From: Lingula anatina
Lineage: Eukaryota > Animalia > Brachiopoda
Reading direction: 5' to 3'
Assembly: GCA_051362555.1 (NCBI GenBank)
Contig: CM120649.1
Coordinates: forward strand, 3,906,001 to 3,970,000
DNA length: 64,000 nt
Within the stretch, counting starts at the first letter, position 1. The number at the start of each line of letters is the position of its first letter. The position numbers and the translations under genes were made by a program. Positions 1 through 11,861 of this stretch are shown here, piece by piece. The notes below the pieces were generated by a model that saw nothing but the letters and a program-made list of their open reading frames with translations, was not told where the DNA came from and made no database searches.

Positions 1-254
1 CTTCAAGGGTTTGAAGTGTCAGTGTGTTAGTGGTGATATAGTATGTCACCAAATGCGTTGTTAAATCTGTAATAAAGTCATTGAAGGCAGTGAATCCCTG
101 CAGAGTTGGGTCGATTCACGTGGAGCGGTAGTGTCTGTGGGAATGAGGTCTACGATTAATTCTGCTGTTATATGATATGTGACATTGGGTCGGTATACAG
201 TAGATTCTTTCCATGCAGAGGTTTTTAAGTTTACTTCTTCAATTATTTCTTTCA
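1..254 (-). pseudogene. Possible coding-exon remnant, frameshifted, interrupted by the transposon
   Basis: Two overlapping stop-free frames (EEVNLKTSAWKESTVYRPNVTYHITAELIVDLIP... then LQGFTAFNDFITDLTTHLVTYYITTNTLTLQTLE) run off the window edge. No family recognised. Confidence 0.25.
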
Positions 255-3200
255 TATGGAATCCCAGGAGGGCCAAGCGGAAAAAAAAAATTAAAAAAAA
301 AATTTGAAAAAAAAATTTGAAAAAAAAAAAAATTAAAAAAAAATTGAAAAAAAAAATTTTGAAAAAAAAAAAAATTTGAAAAAAAAAAATTAAAAAAAAA
401 TTGAAAAAAAATTTTTTTTTGAAAAAAAAATTGCGAAATTTGCGAGATCGCGTGTAATCCCGCGAGATCGCGCGTAATCCCGCGTGGTCGCGCGAAATCC
501 CGAGAGGTCAATCGTGTTTCATTTTCAAGATGAAATTTAAAAAAAACACAAAATCTCGCGAGAAAGTGCGAGAAAGAAAAAAGCATTGGCGAATGAGGCA
601 GGGAGGGGCTGTTCAAAATGCCGACATTGCACCGAACATGAAGAGGAGGATGTCATTTGTAAAGGGAAAACCGCCCAACAGACTGGGATATTGGCTCCAT
701 GCTAGGCCAATGCCACGATGAGAAGGGATTTTATGGAGCTAGAATATTAAAAAAAACACTCTTTAGTACCACCAGCATGTACGCTGGCAGTATTCATGGC
801 TTTAGTCCCGACCTACCTCATATGGCTCTGCAGGGTGTCGTGAACTACAAGTCACCGTTACCGCTTCTCCTCCTAGAGCGCATTATTTCAAGGTCAAACA
901 GGTCACATTTTTCTAAAATTGCTAACTTTCTTGTGGAAAACAGTTATTATTGTCTATTTTCAGAAACTAAACAGATCTAATCTATAATACAATGGGCAGG
1001 TGTTACCCTTAGGGTAATCTTTGATCTTCGTGAGTTTGGGGTCAATTGGGGCATTTTCAGACGAGTAGTGGCTATTAGATGCCAAACTAAAAACTCTCTA
1101 ATTCTGGAACCATCATTGCTAGAGACCTTGTTTTTTCATTTTGTAGAGCTTTGCATGCGCAACACTGCAGGTTTTTTGTATTTTTTATTTTTTTCGTTAG
1201 GGCTCGGGCATTGTTCTGTATCAAATAGTTCAACATCCAATATTCAGATGTGAAAATAAAATGTAAAATACACCAAAATTAGCAGAGATACACCCATTGT
1301 TACTACTGAACTTGAATAGGAAGGAGCAAACTGGTAATCAAAAATGATAGGACAATTTTATTAAAGTTGTGCTGTTTTTATCATTGACTTAATTGTTGAA
1401 AATGGAAGTAAACTCATTAGTTATAGTTCTCACTTGTGAACATAGTGGAATTTTCAAATATCATGGGCCTGAATACCTTTGCTAATTAATTTTTTTGTAA
1501 ATACCATTTTAACTGCATTGCATAATTAAGAATTGGTGGTGATTATGCTCTTAAGCATTATGTAATATAGCATCAAAAGTGAGGGAAAATAAATTTTGGT
1601 CACTCTCACCTTAATGGCCATAAACGTCATGCTACTCGTGGCTCTCAAACCTACTGAAAGGGTTCTTGGTCTGAATTGTACCTAGACTTGGACCAGTTTG
1701 ACTGCCTTTTATGTGCGTTCAATATTTTTTAAATATTAGCATTTTTATTGAGGGATTTAACCCCCAAAGGCATGAAGTCAAATGGCAGTGACCTTTTATA
1801 CATTATACTATTATGATAGACAGTTCAAGGTTGTATCATTACGTAAAATTGTATCAGATTTGGCAAAACAAATTGTGTACTGCCAAAAGTAACATTATAA
1901 AGAAAAAACAGTGACATATAAGTTTGAAAATCCAATAATAATTCTTAAGCACAGATCAAATTGGGAACCCAGCTTGTTTTTTTTTTTCTGAAATTTATGC
2001 ATTTTTATTTGAATGTTCATATTTCTCTTGCTTGCATATTTTAACTGTGAATTTGAACTGACATGGGTATGCTAGTAACATATTCCTAACAGACATATAC
2101 CTGCAATGCTGTTCGACTTCCTGTTAGGCATACTGTATTTTGCATCAGTATTGACAGTTACCTACTTTGTGCATTTTTTAAATTCTTTTTTTGTAGTTTT
2201 GACAGCTATGCTGGGATAGAGACTTTGAATTATATGTATTGTCAAGTTTATTGAAAAGTGGTTGAATTTTTATGTACTGACAGGTGTGACACCAGCATCT
2301 CCATGCACATAAAGAGATAACACCATCAAGGGAAAACCAATTTACCTTTTTGTCTTACAGAACTTGTGGTTTCATAAAAATGGGTTGTGTAGCCTGTTGC
2401 GCATTGTATTAATGTATCAAAAAAAGGAAAATAACCTCTTTTGTGATTCTTTATTCTCTTTTTTCCTGTACAGCAATTTGGAATTTGCAGGTTGGTGCAG
2501 AAACATTAATATTACATTTTACACATATGTAGATGACTGTAATGCAGATCTTTCTAGGATGAAGTGTCTCCTTAGTTGAATATAACTCTCCTCTTCAGTG
2601 GATATTTCTATTGTCAAGTGGTTAGTGGCAGTGAAGTTAGTTGCTTCATTATAGAAGTCCTGTGGCACACGAGCAGATTGTTCATAGTTCAGTGTTTTTT
2701 CTCGTGCAACTTCTGCCAAATCTCTATCACTGACAGTGAATCCACACTGGTGACCGCCTGCAAATATATATTGCATAAAATATGTAGGTTGATTTACCTT
2801 AAGCCAGTTGTTCCATTTAGTCACATAGCCATGCCACAAGAACATGGTGATGTGTAAAATTGACTACGTGTTCATATTTAAAGTAAAAGATTTTTAATAC
2901 AAAAATGTCTTAAGTTTTAAATATTTCAATCTTTTATATGCTAAACATGTAACTGATATTGCCAAATTTACCATATAAATGTGGAAATGCATAAATGTCA
3001 TTTGGAGCAGCACCAGTGGGTAACCACACCTGCCTTTGGTGTCTTATTTTGTGGTTGTTCCACCACAGTTGAAATGCATCTATATCATGTTGTATCAGAG
3101 GCAAGTAAACAAATACCATGCACCACTTGTCAATGCAACTGTGTCTGTCATACCAACCATCTCTGTGCAAACCCTGAAAAGTATAATACTTGTGAATTTA

Positions 3201-6200
3201 TCAGTCATTCTATGATATGCCAATGGATTAAAACTCTCTTTAGGAAAGTTGACCAGAAACACTGAAATAATTGCATGACATCAGAATAGTGCGTGATCCA
3301 ACTACAGGCTTTAATAGACATCCTTGTGACAAATGGGTAAATATAATAAGAAATTTACATACCTGGTTCAGTGGTGAAGGCCCCATGATGTGACTATCGG
3401 AGAAAGCATGCTGATCACTGCTATTTCTTCTTAGGAACATTTGGCATTCAATTAAGTCTACATTCTCTGTCCCTGGGTCACTTCTAGTTCTATTAGGGCA
3501 GACTATTAAAAAACGGTAACTATTAGCACAGATGTTTAAGAAGACCACAGTGTTGAAATATACCCCAAACTAGTATGTTACAATGGCAAAATCAGAAATG
3601 GATAATACTAGTAAACTCTTTTAAACCCAGTAGTGTGTGGTTAGATAAGGGATAGAGTTTTTTCAAATTGGTTTTTTACTTAAAACAGTACATTATATAC
3701 ATACACAAAAATTTGCGTGAAAATGTATCAATGCATCCATGTATGTAAATATGGAAGAACTGAAACTTGTCATTACCATCCACAGACCAAATCCAATTTG
3801 GTCCCTGAAAAGAAATAGTTGATGTTATCACATGAAAACCTAAAATTAAATGTCATTTTGAAAGTATATACATGTGAATAATCTGACTGATACATTCCTC
3901 AAATGAACGAATCAAACAACTTTTACTGATAAGTGGCTCCATCATACAATTATCTTTCTATAATCTTAAGTTAGTTGAAACTGACAGTATGATGACTTGG
4001 CAATTTTTGTGACCAGAAAAGGGTTTAAGACTAAATAGTTTTCCACATATTGTGTTATCGCTGAAAGTGCATGGCTTAAATGATCAAGACAGATAGGTCT
4101 CTGTGTCTATACATAAAAATAATATTTATCTGTGATTTAAAAACTCGTCGATTTAAAGCCCTTTGTATCCTTAGTTTCCGACCTTCATGATCAACTTCAT
4201 GCAATATCTCTTGCACATCAATTCTTAGGATAGAGTAACAGAATAATATAATTTAATAGAAGTGAAACAAAAATAGATTTTTACTTTCATTTTTTAATTA
4301 ACTGCTTAATTGCAAAAATTAATCCTTTGCTTAACTAACCTTTTTACTTTCTTGTGATATTTCTGGCGACACTGATCATATATTCGCCTCACACCTGCCA
4401 GTCCCCCACAAACAACGAATTCTTGTTGAATAATATCCTTCATAAAAAGATATGACTCACACATTAAAATGACCATTTATTATGTATATAACCTTATTAA
4501 ATTATAATTGGAAATATAAATCACTGTAAGATGTCAATATTTTTATTTTATTTGTACAAAGGGGATAATTAAGTTTTGGATTGTAACAGACTTTCTATCA
4601 GACATATCTATATACTAGTACTGTACTGGTTGGTTGGTGTATTTATGCCATCTCCTCTATTCTAAGACTTGAGTGATCAAAATACTACAGATATTATGTC
4701 AACATACAGATTGATTCAAAGTAGGCAGCATCAAAATTATTGCTTACCCTTAATTCTTGGACAGGGACATGTTCATGTCGCTTGATTTCAAGAACATTTA
4801 ACCTTCTCTTGAGGGTTCTTTCACTGACAGTGAAAAAGAAAATAATTAAAAATAATTAGATCCTTTCTGAACTTATTACCTGCTTTAAGATATTCAGTGA
4901 GCTGACAACTTTAAAGTTTGCCCTTCATGCAATAGGATTTTGCAGATTTTTATGGGAATCTATATGAAAATGATAACACGGACCAAGACTTTTCTGGGGA
5001 TTCATGCCATTTAAAATCACCACTTGTAATTTTCAACAAAAATTCCAGGAGTCCAAGCCATCATTAAAAAAAAAACTATCCAGTGATGTCAGCAGCTGTC
5101 CAATTAATAGTTAAGTTTGTCACCAAGAAAAGACTTGACGTGGGCGATAAGCAATGAGCTTCACTAACAATAAGAATTAAACATGACATTGATTGACACA
5201 AAGATTTCTCTACAAAAAAGCAAATATAAATAAGCATTTGTTGCCACAAAGAATTCTACACAAAAATATTTACCTCCAGGTAATACCAATGTCCTTTAAA
5301 TATTCTAATATCAAAGCTTTGCTTTTATAATGTTCCACTAGATTATTGAGGAAAACCTTTAAATCTGAAATTCAAAAATAAAATGAATTTTTTACATGAA
5401 GCAATGACAGACTATAGATGACTTATAAGAGATACAATTAAACATACACACATTATAAGGCAATTTCATTTAGTATGCTCTTTTGTTTATTACAAAATGG
5501 ATGTGAATTTTTTCTGATATTTTTCCTCGAGATATATATATATATATATCATACTTGTAGCCCAAAGAAAAGCTTTGATAATAACACTGGAGATGTGTGC
5601 CTCAACATAAGAGGTGAATTATACAGGCTAAATCCACCTAATTCAATTTTATGATTTATATTTTATATTTTCTTAAATCAACTTCTGTTTCATGCTCTCA
5701 TAAAATAACTATTATTTGAATTGACAAACTGAAGCCCAAGAATTAAAAATATTTCAATTAATATCATATATGAAACTATTTCAATTCTTATTGTATTTTA
5801 ACACAAATAACTTGGTAGATCCATGTTGAAAAAAGACAAACACTGAATTTGCTCACCAAATTTGTAGTCCTGATCCATGGGCAAGTGCCCACAGTTGACA
5901 CAATGTCTGATGGTTCTAATTTTTCGGTATCCTGGACATCGACATTGCCTTTTGTTACAAGCACCGACGACACTCTACAAACGTAAATTACAAATGAAAA
6001 GCAATACTTTCAACATTCCTATCCTTAACGGGAACTGTACACGTGTGGTTTAATAATTGTTTCGAGGAAGTCTAATGAAAAATACTGTAAATTTATGTAA
6101 ATGTATGTTAAATAAGTTAAATACCCAATGAAGAAGTTTGCATAACCAGTCAGTGTCACTGTGTCAGGAAAGGCGACATATTTATTTAACCGGTGTTGCT

Positions 6201-6743
6201 ATCTTCTTTTATTGCCCCTAGTACGTTCTAATACTAGTAATAGTAAAGAAATAAGACTAAGAGGACACTCGTCCTTGATTCACTAATAATACTATACGTC
6301 ACACTATCATCTGCATAAAGAATAAAGAGAAAACAACTTACGTGCAATATATTATCACATCCGCATGATTTACAAATGGGAATGTGAGCCTGTTGTTCAT
6401 AGTCCGTGCTATGTTGGCATTTTAAACACATCGTGGCTTCTTCCGCCATGTTTCTATTCTCGCAATTTCTCGTGAGATATCGTGATTTTTTTTCTCTTTT
6501 TCTTGATTTCCTTTTGAAATAAAATTTGCTCGGTATCGCGGGATTTCACGTGGCCACGCAGGATTACGCGCGATCTCGCGGGATTACACGCGATCTCGCA
6601 AATTTCGCAATTTTTTTTTTCAAAAAAATTTTTTTTTCAAATGTTTTTTTTTCAATTTTTTTTTTTTCAAATTTTTTTTTTTTTTTCAAAAAAAAATTTT
6701 TTTTTCAATTTTTTTTTTCGCTTGGCCCTCCTGGGATTCCATA
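255..6743. mobile_element. IS3EU-like DNA transposon (degenerate)
   Basis: TIRs at 255-~502 and ~6537-6743 start TATGGAATCCCAGGAGGGCCAAGCG and continue with A-tract blocks and CGCGAGAT/CGCGTAATCCC repeats. Termini TAT..ATA fit the TAY..RTA described for IS3EU. The 6-bp flanks CTTTCA/CTATGA match only 4/6. Encodes an integrase-core-type transposase. Confidence 0.8.
2519..6449 (-). pseudogene. Multi-exon DDE (IS3/integrase-core-like) transposase, probably inactivated
   Basis: Exons read MAEEATMCLKCQH..CKSCGCDNILH (6449-6342); SVVGACNKRQCRC..CVNCGH (~5976-5857); DLKVFLNNL..IGITW (~5365-5275); ERTLKRRL HTH-like (~4828-4749); DIIQQEF..GVRRIYDQCRQKY (~4438-4340); IDVQEILHEVDHEGRKLR..LNRRVFKSQ (~4224-4130); GPNWIWSVDGNDK..IHGCIDTFSRK (3804-~3705); PNRTRSDPGTEN..GPSPLNQ (~3502-3363); WWNNHKIRHQ..PTGAAPNDIY (~3173-2972); C-terminal ..YIQLRRHF (~2758-2519). 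The donor at 4129 reads AT rather than GT, and the expected RIE motif is not seen. Confidence 0.8.
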
Positions 6744-6888
6744 CTATGACTTATTTTTAAAAGAATGATATTTGATTTTTTTTAAAGTTCGCCGCATTTT
6801 ACCAAGTCTAACCATATTTCAACATTTTAGTTTGAAATGGTTAAATGGTTTAAAGCCTTTTTCTTTGTACCACTGTTCTACAGACTTT

Positions 6889-7188
6889 GATCGCATTCAC
6901 AACGAGTTGAGCCAGGCTTTACAAATCCTGGGACTAAATATGGCGGACGTACATGAAAGAAAAACCGCCTAATCTTTTAATAGGCTCCCCGCCTCTCACA
7001 CGCCTCCCCATGTGTCGTCCCAATGGAGCCGAGATTTAATGACTGTTCCCCCGCAGGGACGACGCGTGGAGAGGCGTGTGAGAGGCGGAAAGACTATTAA
7101 AAGATTAGGCGGTTTTTCTTTCATGTACGTCCGCCATATTTAGTCCCAGGATTTGTAAAGCCTGGCTCAACTCGATGTGAATGCGGTC
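6889..7188. mobile_element. Palindromic MITE (PIF/Harbinger-like)
   Basis: Near-perfect ~130-bp inverted arms (GATCGCATTCACAACGAGTTGAGCCAGG... / ...CCTGGCTCAACTCGATGTGAATGCGGTC). Its core resembles 55590-55869. Confidence 0.8.
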
Positions 7189-7327
7189 TTTAACTACTCT
7201 CTGCGTATTTGTTATCAGACTAAATGGAGTGGTGTCGTGTGCAAACTTCATCGTAGATGTCCAATTCGGACGAATAACGTAACGCAATAGGACGAAAAAA
7301 CGCTGGCGGTACAAAAACAATGAACTG

Positions 7328-7543
7328 CAAGCCCGTAGCCGTTGGGGGGGGGGGGGGGGGGGGGGGGGGTGAAGGGAGCGGTGTTCGAAGGAACCGCCCT
7401 TTTTTGCAGGGAGAAGATCTGCTCTGGCTAAAAAAAAAATGACCTGTGTACATGTACATGTTCACGCATGAACGTTTAATGGTTTATTTTTCATTTTTCC
7501 GGAAAAAGAATCCCCTCCTTTAAAATTGCTGACTACAGGCCTG
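7328..7543. mobile_element. Short non-autonomous TIR element (CAGGCCCGTAGCC family)
   Basis: Ends CAAGCCCGTAGCC ... GACTACAGGCCTG with an internal poly-G. Same family as 38515-38693. Confidence 0.6.
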
Positions 7544-7999
7544 CTCTGTATAATGTCCACTATTCCTATGCTTATAAATAGACGGCCTTGATTAAATGAA
7601 GAACAAAAAACCTTGAATCCTTTAAACGTACAATGTACATATACATGCATATGCTTAAATAAAAGCAAACATACCATATTCTCTTGGCAAAGTGCAACTT
7701 GAATGCACCAATATGTCGTTTTGTATGTTTTTGGAATATTTAGTAAAATAGAATTCCCTTACTCTATGTGAATAAAAACCTTAAGCACCCCCACCCCGAA
7801 AAAAAAATAAAGAAAAAAATAGATAAATAAATAAAAGCCAACTTAAACAGTGCAATTCAGTAAAGAGATTTTATATAAGTATTCCAGCTTGGGAAAATGA
7901 TGACTTTGTATGGATATTGAAAGGCTTTGCTTAATTAACATGCAATTTGTTCAATTTATTTTTCGTTGTAAAGAGATCGGATGCTTCACCGTAAAAAAG

Positions 8000-8720
8000 A
8001 CATCCACGGTTCATCTTTTTTTCCAAAAAAAAAAAAAAAAAAAAAAAAAAACATTGAATGCGTCACTTAATGACAGGACAAGGAACAACAGCACGTGTAG
8101 CTTGATTCTTAACTTATCAAGTTACGCATCCACGGTTCATCTTTTCTCCAAATTTCATTGAATGCGTGTTGTATTGACAGGACAAGAAACAACAGCACGT
8201 GTAGTTTGACTCTTAACTGATAACGTTACACATCCACGGTTCATCTTTTCTCCAAAATATTATTGAATGCGTGACTCAGTGACAGGACAAGAAACAACAA
8301 CACATGTAGTTTGATTCTTAACTGATAACGTTACACATCCACGCTTCATCTTTTCTAAAAAAAAATCATTGAATGCGTGACTCAGTGACAGGACAAGAAA
8401 CAACAGCACGTGTAGCTTAGTTCTTTACTGATAACGTTACACATCCACGATTCATCTTTTCTCCAAAAAAAATCATTGAATGCGTGACTCAGTGACAGGA
8501 CAAGAAACAACAACACATGTTGCTTGATTCTTAACTGATAACGTTACACGTCCACGGTTCATCTTTTCTCCAAAAAAAAAAATACATTGAATGCGTGACT
8601 CAGTGACAGGACAAGAAACAACAGCACGTGTAGTTTTTCTTAACTGATAACGTTACACATCCACGATTCATCTTTTCTCTATGAATTCATTGAATGCGTG
8701 ACTTAATGACAGGACATGAC
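8000..8720 (+). repeat. Tandem array of ~7 copies of a ~105-bp unit
   Basis: Unit ACATCCACGGTTCATCTTTTCTCCAAAA..CATTGAATGCGTGACTCAGTGACAGGACAAGAAACAACAGCACGTGTAG..TTAACTGATAACGTTAC starts at ~8000, 8127, 8230, 8335, 8441, 8547 and 8657. Confidence 0.95.
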
Positions 8721-10200
8721 ACGATCACAGGTGTTACGTGAGGGTTATTAAATAAAACGACCGTCTGTATTTTGATGGAGTTAGTTTATTTTTTCGCAAC
8801 TTGGTTTGATTTAATCTGATATATCAATTGTCGGCCTTACTGACATAAAAACACCGTTTCCTGTAAAAAAGACAAAATGACAACGACTGTCGTTTCTTTT
8901 GTCCATCTAATAATTTTAAGAAAAGCAATTTAACATTATATCATCTAAAGGTCATGACGTCATTGTTGGTGATAGGTAGTTAAAATTCCAGCAGTCATCT
9001 TTGCCATGTAAAATGCTGTGTAGGAATTAAAGAAGACCCTCTCTCTTAAACTTTTTGTTATATATTAGAACTAATTTTCATAGTTGTTGTGATCACATCT
9101 TTCAACTTCAATGTAATAAGATGTGGGAGTTCCAGCTTTGAAAAGAAAAAAAAAGCCTCATCGCCAGTTTTAAGGGCAGTCCATCCTTTGGAATATTGAT
9201 GAATATGCAGGATTGTTTATTGCAGTCTATGATGTACTTATACATTTCCAAGTCAACAAGAGTGACAATACGACTTGTACATTTTGTCCTGGTCCTGGTC
9301 TCACAAAAAAAAAATGAATAAATAAATAAAGACGGGTTCCCTGTCTTAATTACCAACGTTACATGGTCACATGCGCACATTTTACCCAATCAGGAACAGT
9401 TTATTAGTTTAATCAGCACACGGTAGAGAATTGTTGGTCAACGGCTCTCACCAAACGCCATGTGCCTGCGTTGACATTGTGTTTGTGTTCATAGTGTATT
9501 ATTTGTTCAGACAACACCAACAAAAGCCCTACGCGGGGTCAGAAGAAATGTATATTACTAACGTCGGTGATAAATTGTTTGCATTAAACGCGTACTTAAT
9601 GAATTCCCACTATTGCTCTTAATCCTCACCTCACCTTTTTCAACTGATTTATTTTGATAAAAAAAACCCGTACTTCTATCCATTAGTGCTGCAAGGGCAG
9701 TTAGTGCAATGCACGCCTTCAAACACTGCCCGAGCGGTTTAATCTATTCTGCTTGCGAGGAAAGATTTATATTATTCTATTGAACACAGGGGCTATTGGT
9801 CTATTCATTGTATAAGGGTCTCGCTAAGTAAGTCTTTTTTCTGCCGCAATTTTTTGTAAATAGTGCAAGAGGTGTATAAATAAACAGTCACTATGCCGCT
9901 AGGAGCGATGTGTGAGAACGGGTGCCAAGTCTTTTCCTCCCTTAGTAAGTCTTTTGCCTGATTTATTTTCGTAAATTCTTGCCATTTGGACGAGGCATAC
10001 ACCCGACATTCTCCAGCCATTATGGATTATTACAAAAAAAGGCTCAACTGACCAGTTTAATACATACGGACAACATGATTGCTTGTTGGAAATACAACAC
10101 CACGATCTTTGAATTGAAAATGTTCTGGACAGTTCGTAAATGGTAAGTTAAATATACTGGAAATTTATCGTGCAAAAGAAAAAAAACAACTACAGATTTG

Positions 10201-10350
10201 CATTTTTCAATTGTTTTTATTTTTGCTCAAAGATCACCCTGTGCGTGATACATTTTTCAATTATTTGTTTTTTTTGCTCAAATATCACCCTGTGCGTGAT
10301 ACATTTTTCATTTATTTCTATTTTTGCTTAAAGATCACCCTGTGCGTGAT
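10201..10350 (+). repeat. 3 x ~50-bp tandem repeat
   Basis: CATTTTTCAATT..TTTTGCTCAAAGATCACCCTGTGCGTGATA occurs three times. Confidence 0.9.
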
Positions 10351-10983
10351 TAGTCCATCTCTGAAAAAAAAAGAACGTTTAATTACGGAGACAAACAAGG
10401 CTTTTGTGCTTCTAGCATGGTATAATTATTCTCTATCTACCCGCAAATGACGTATATTGGATCTTCCGAGTCCTGTTAAAAAAAATGATATATATCGGGG
10501 AACCTTTACATGGAACGCTGTTGTATAATCATCTTGAAAGAAAACTGCCGAACGTTCTGGAAATTCACTTCACATTTTATTTAAAGTAAAATCCGTCAAA
10601 TTAAAGTGTCAATAAGTTTTATATAATAAAATAATCGTCATTAAAATTCGCTGACAAAGAGGTTTGAAGTGGACACTTTCTGGATGTTTCAATTTCAATT
10701 GCCATACATTTGACTGATGTAGACGGTGGGACGTGGGGTCGGATCATAGAGAAGAATTATAACCGTTTTCTAAAACTTCAAAACTTTAAAATTACAATGA
10801 CCAGGGCTACGACCCGTGGGTCCGGCAACAGAGAAGAAATTATAATGTCAACACGTTTTATGTAATAAAATAATCGTCATTAAAATTCGCTAGCAAAGGG
10901 GATTTAAAATTACAATGAGAAGTTTCGAGACGACATACTTACTAAAATGACCAGTGCTACGACCCGTGGGGGTTACACGTTTA

Positions 10984-11192
10984 GGGACCGTTCATATGAA
11001 AAATCTATTTTCTACTCGCGGCATCTTGTGATCACGGTCTGTGCCCTGAATACCCCGCGGCATAATTACTGGCAGCGCGACCCAGTTACTTCCAAAGATG
11101 TAATTAATTCTCGGCTGCGCTCGGAGTGATCACAAGATACCGCGAATAGAAAATAGATTTTTAGAAAATAGATTTTTCATATGAACGGTCCC
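10984..11192. mobile_element. PIF/Harbinger-type MITE
   Basis: TIR GGGACCGTTCATATGAAAAATCTATTTTCTA at both ends, with a TTA target duplication on both sides. Confidence 0.85.
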
Positions 11193-11539
11193 TTAGTTTA
11201 AACAAACGACGGCCAGTGCTGTCAAAAGTCTACAGCTGATTGAGAAGGCGTGTCAGACAATTAAGCTGATTTTACTGATTGCATTTAGCAAGAATCCCTT
11301 GCAGAGTGGGACTGATACCGTTGGTACACTGTGTGAATCTGCATGTTTGTCGTACAATTCTATTTTAAATACTTTGTTTTGAACGCACAAACGTACATAT
11401 AACTGATTCAAATCTTTTTTTTTTCACTGTTCCTAGCTTCATTTAAACTTCATTTCCAGAATTTCACTGTGCATTATTTTTATTAAGACTTCGATAATCT
11501 AATCATTGGACCAGATCTAATGAGAAAGTGACTTAATAA

Positions 11540-11861
11540 TGATAGTAATTTTTTTATGGCGCCTTACATACTACCTAAAGGCGCCTTACAATGGATAAAA
11601 TAACTGAAATAATTAAAATTACTATAATATTTAAATCTAAAACACTCATCGGAACCATTAAAAATTTTAATTTTAGTGTTAAGACACTACAAAAAAATCA
11701 ATTTTGTCAAAATATATAAAAAATTTATGAGCAATAGACAGATTTAAAAAAAGTGGGTCTTTAGAAGAGATTTAAAACTGTCAAAGTCTTCTGCTGTTCT
11801 AACAGAATTTGGTAACGCATCCATACTTTTGGGGGCGTAGATTGTAAAAGCCCGATCACCA
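11540..11861 (-). mobile_element. 5'-truncated L2/CR1-group LINE 3' end
   Basis: Minus strand encodes GDRAFTIYAPK..ALPNSVRTAEDFDSFKSLLKTHFF (L2 ORF2 C-terminal motif), then a TGTAAGGCGCCTTTAGG..AAGGCGCCAT terminal motif and an ATT-rich tail. Flanked by TTAATAA direct repeats (11533-11539, 11862-11868). Confidence 0.85.

Noticed and set aside
239-616. Phe-rich ORF (also 6526-6768)
   Set aside because: Translation of TIR homopolymer tracts.
662-2338. AAGGGAAAACC direct repeat as Crypton-like ends
   Set aside because: Only 11 bp, the first copy lies inside the Cys-motif frame, and no recombinase is present.
6772-7320. Two ORFs ending in an identical peptide (ELSQALQILGLNMADVHERKTA)
   Set aside because: A consequence of the MITE inverted repeat.
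8000-8720. CRISPR-like array
   Set aside because: The whole unit repeats with no unique spacers, and the context is eukaryotic with no cas genes.
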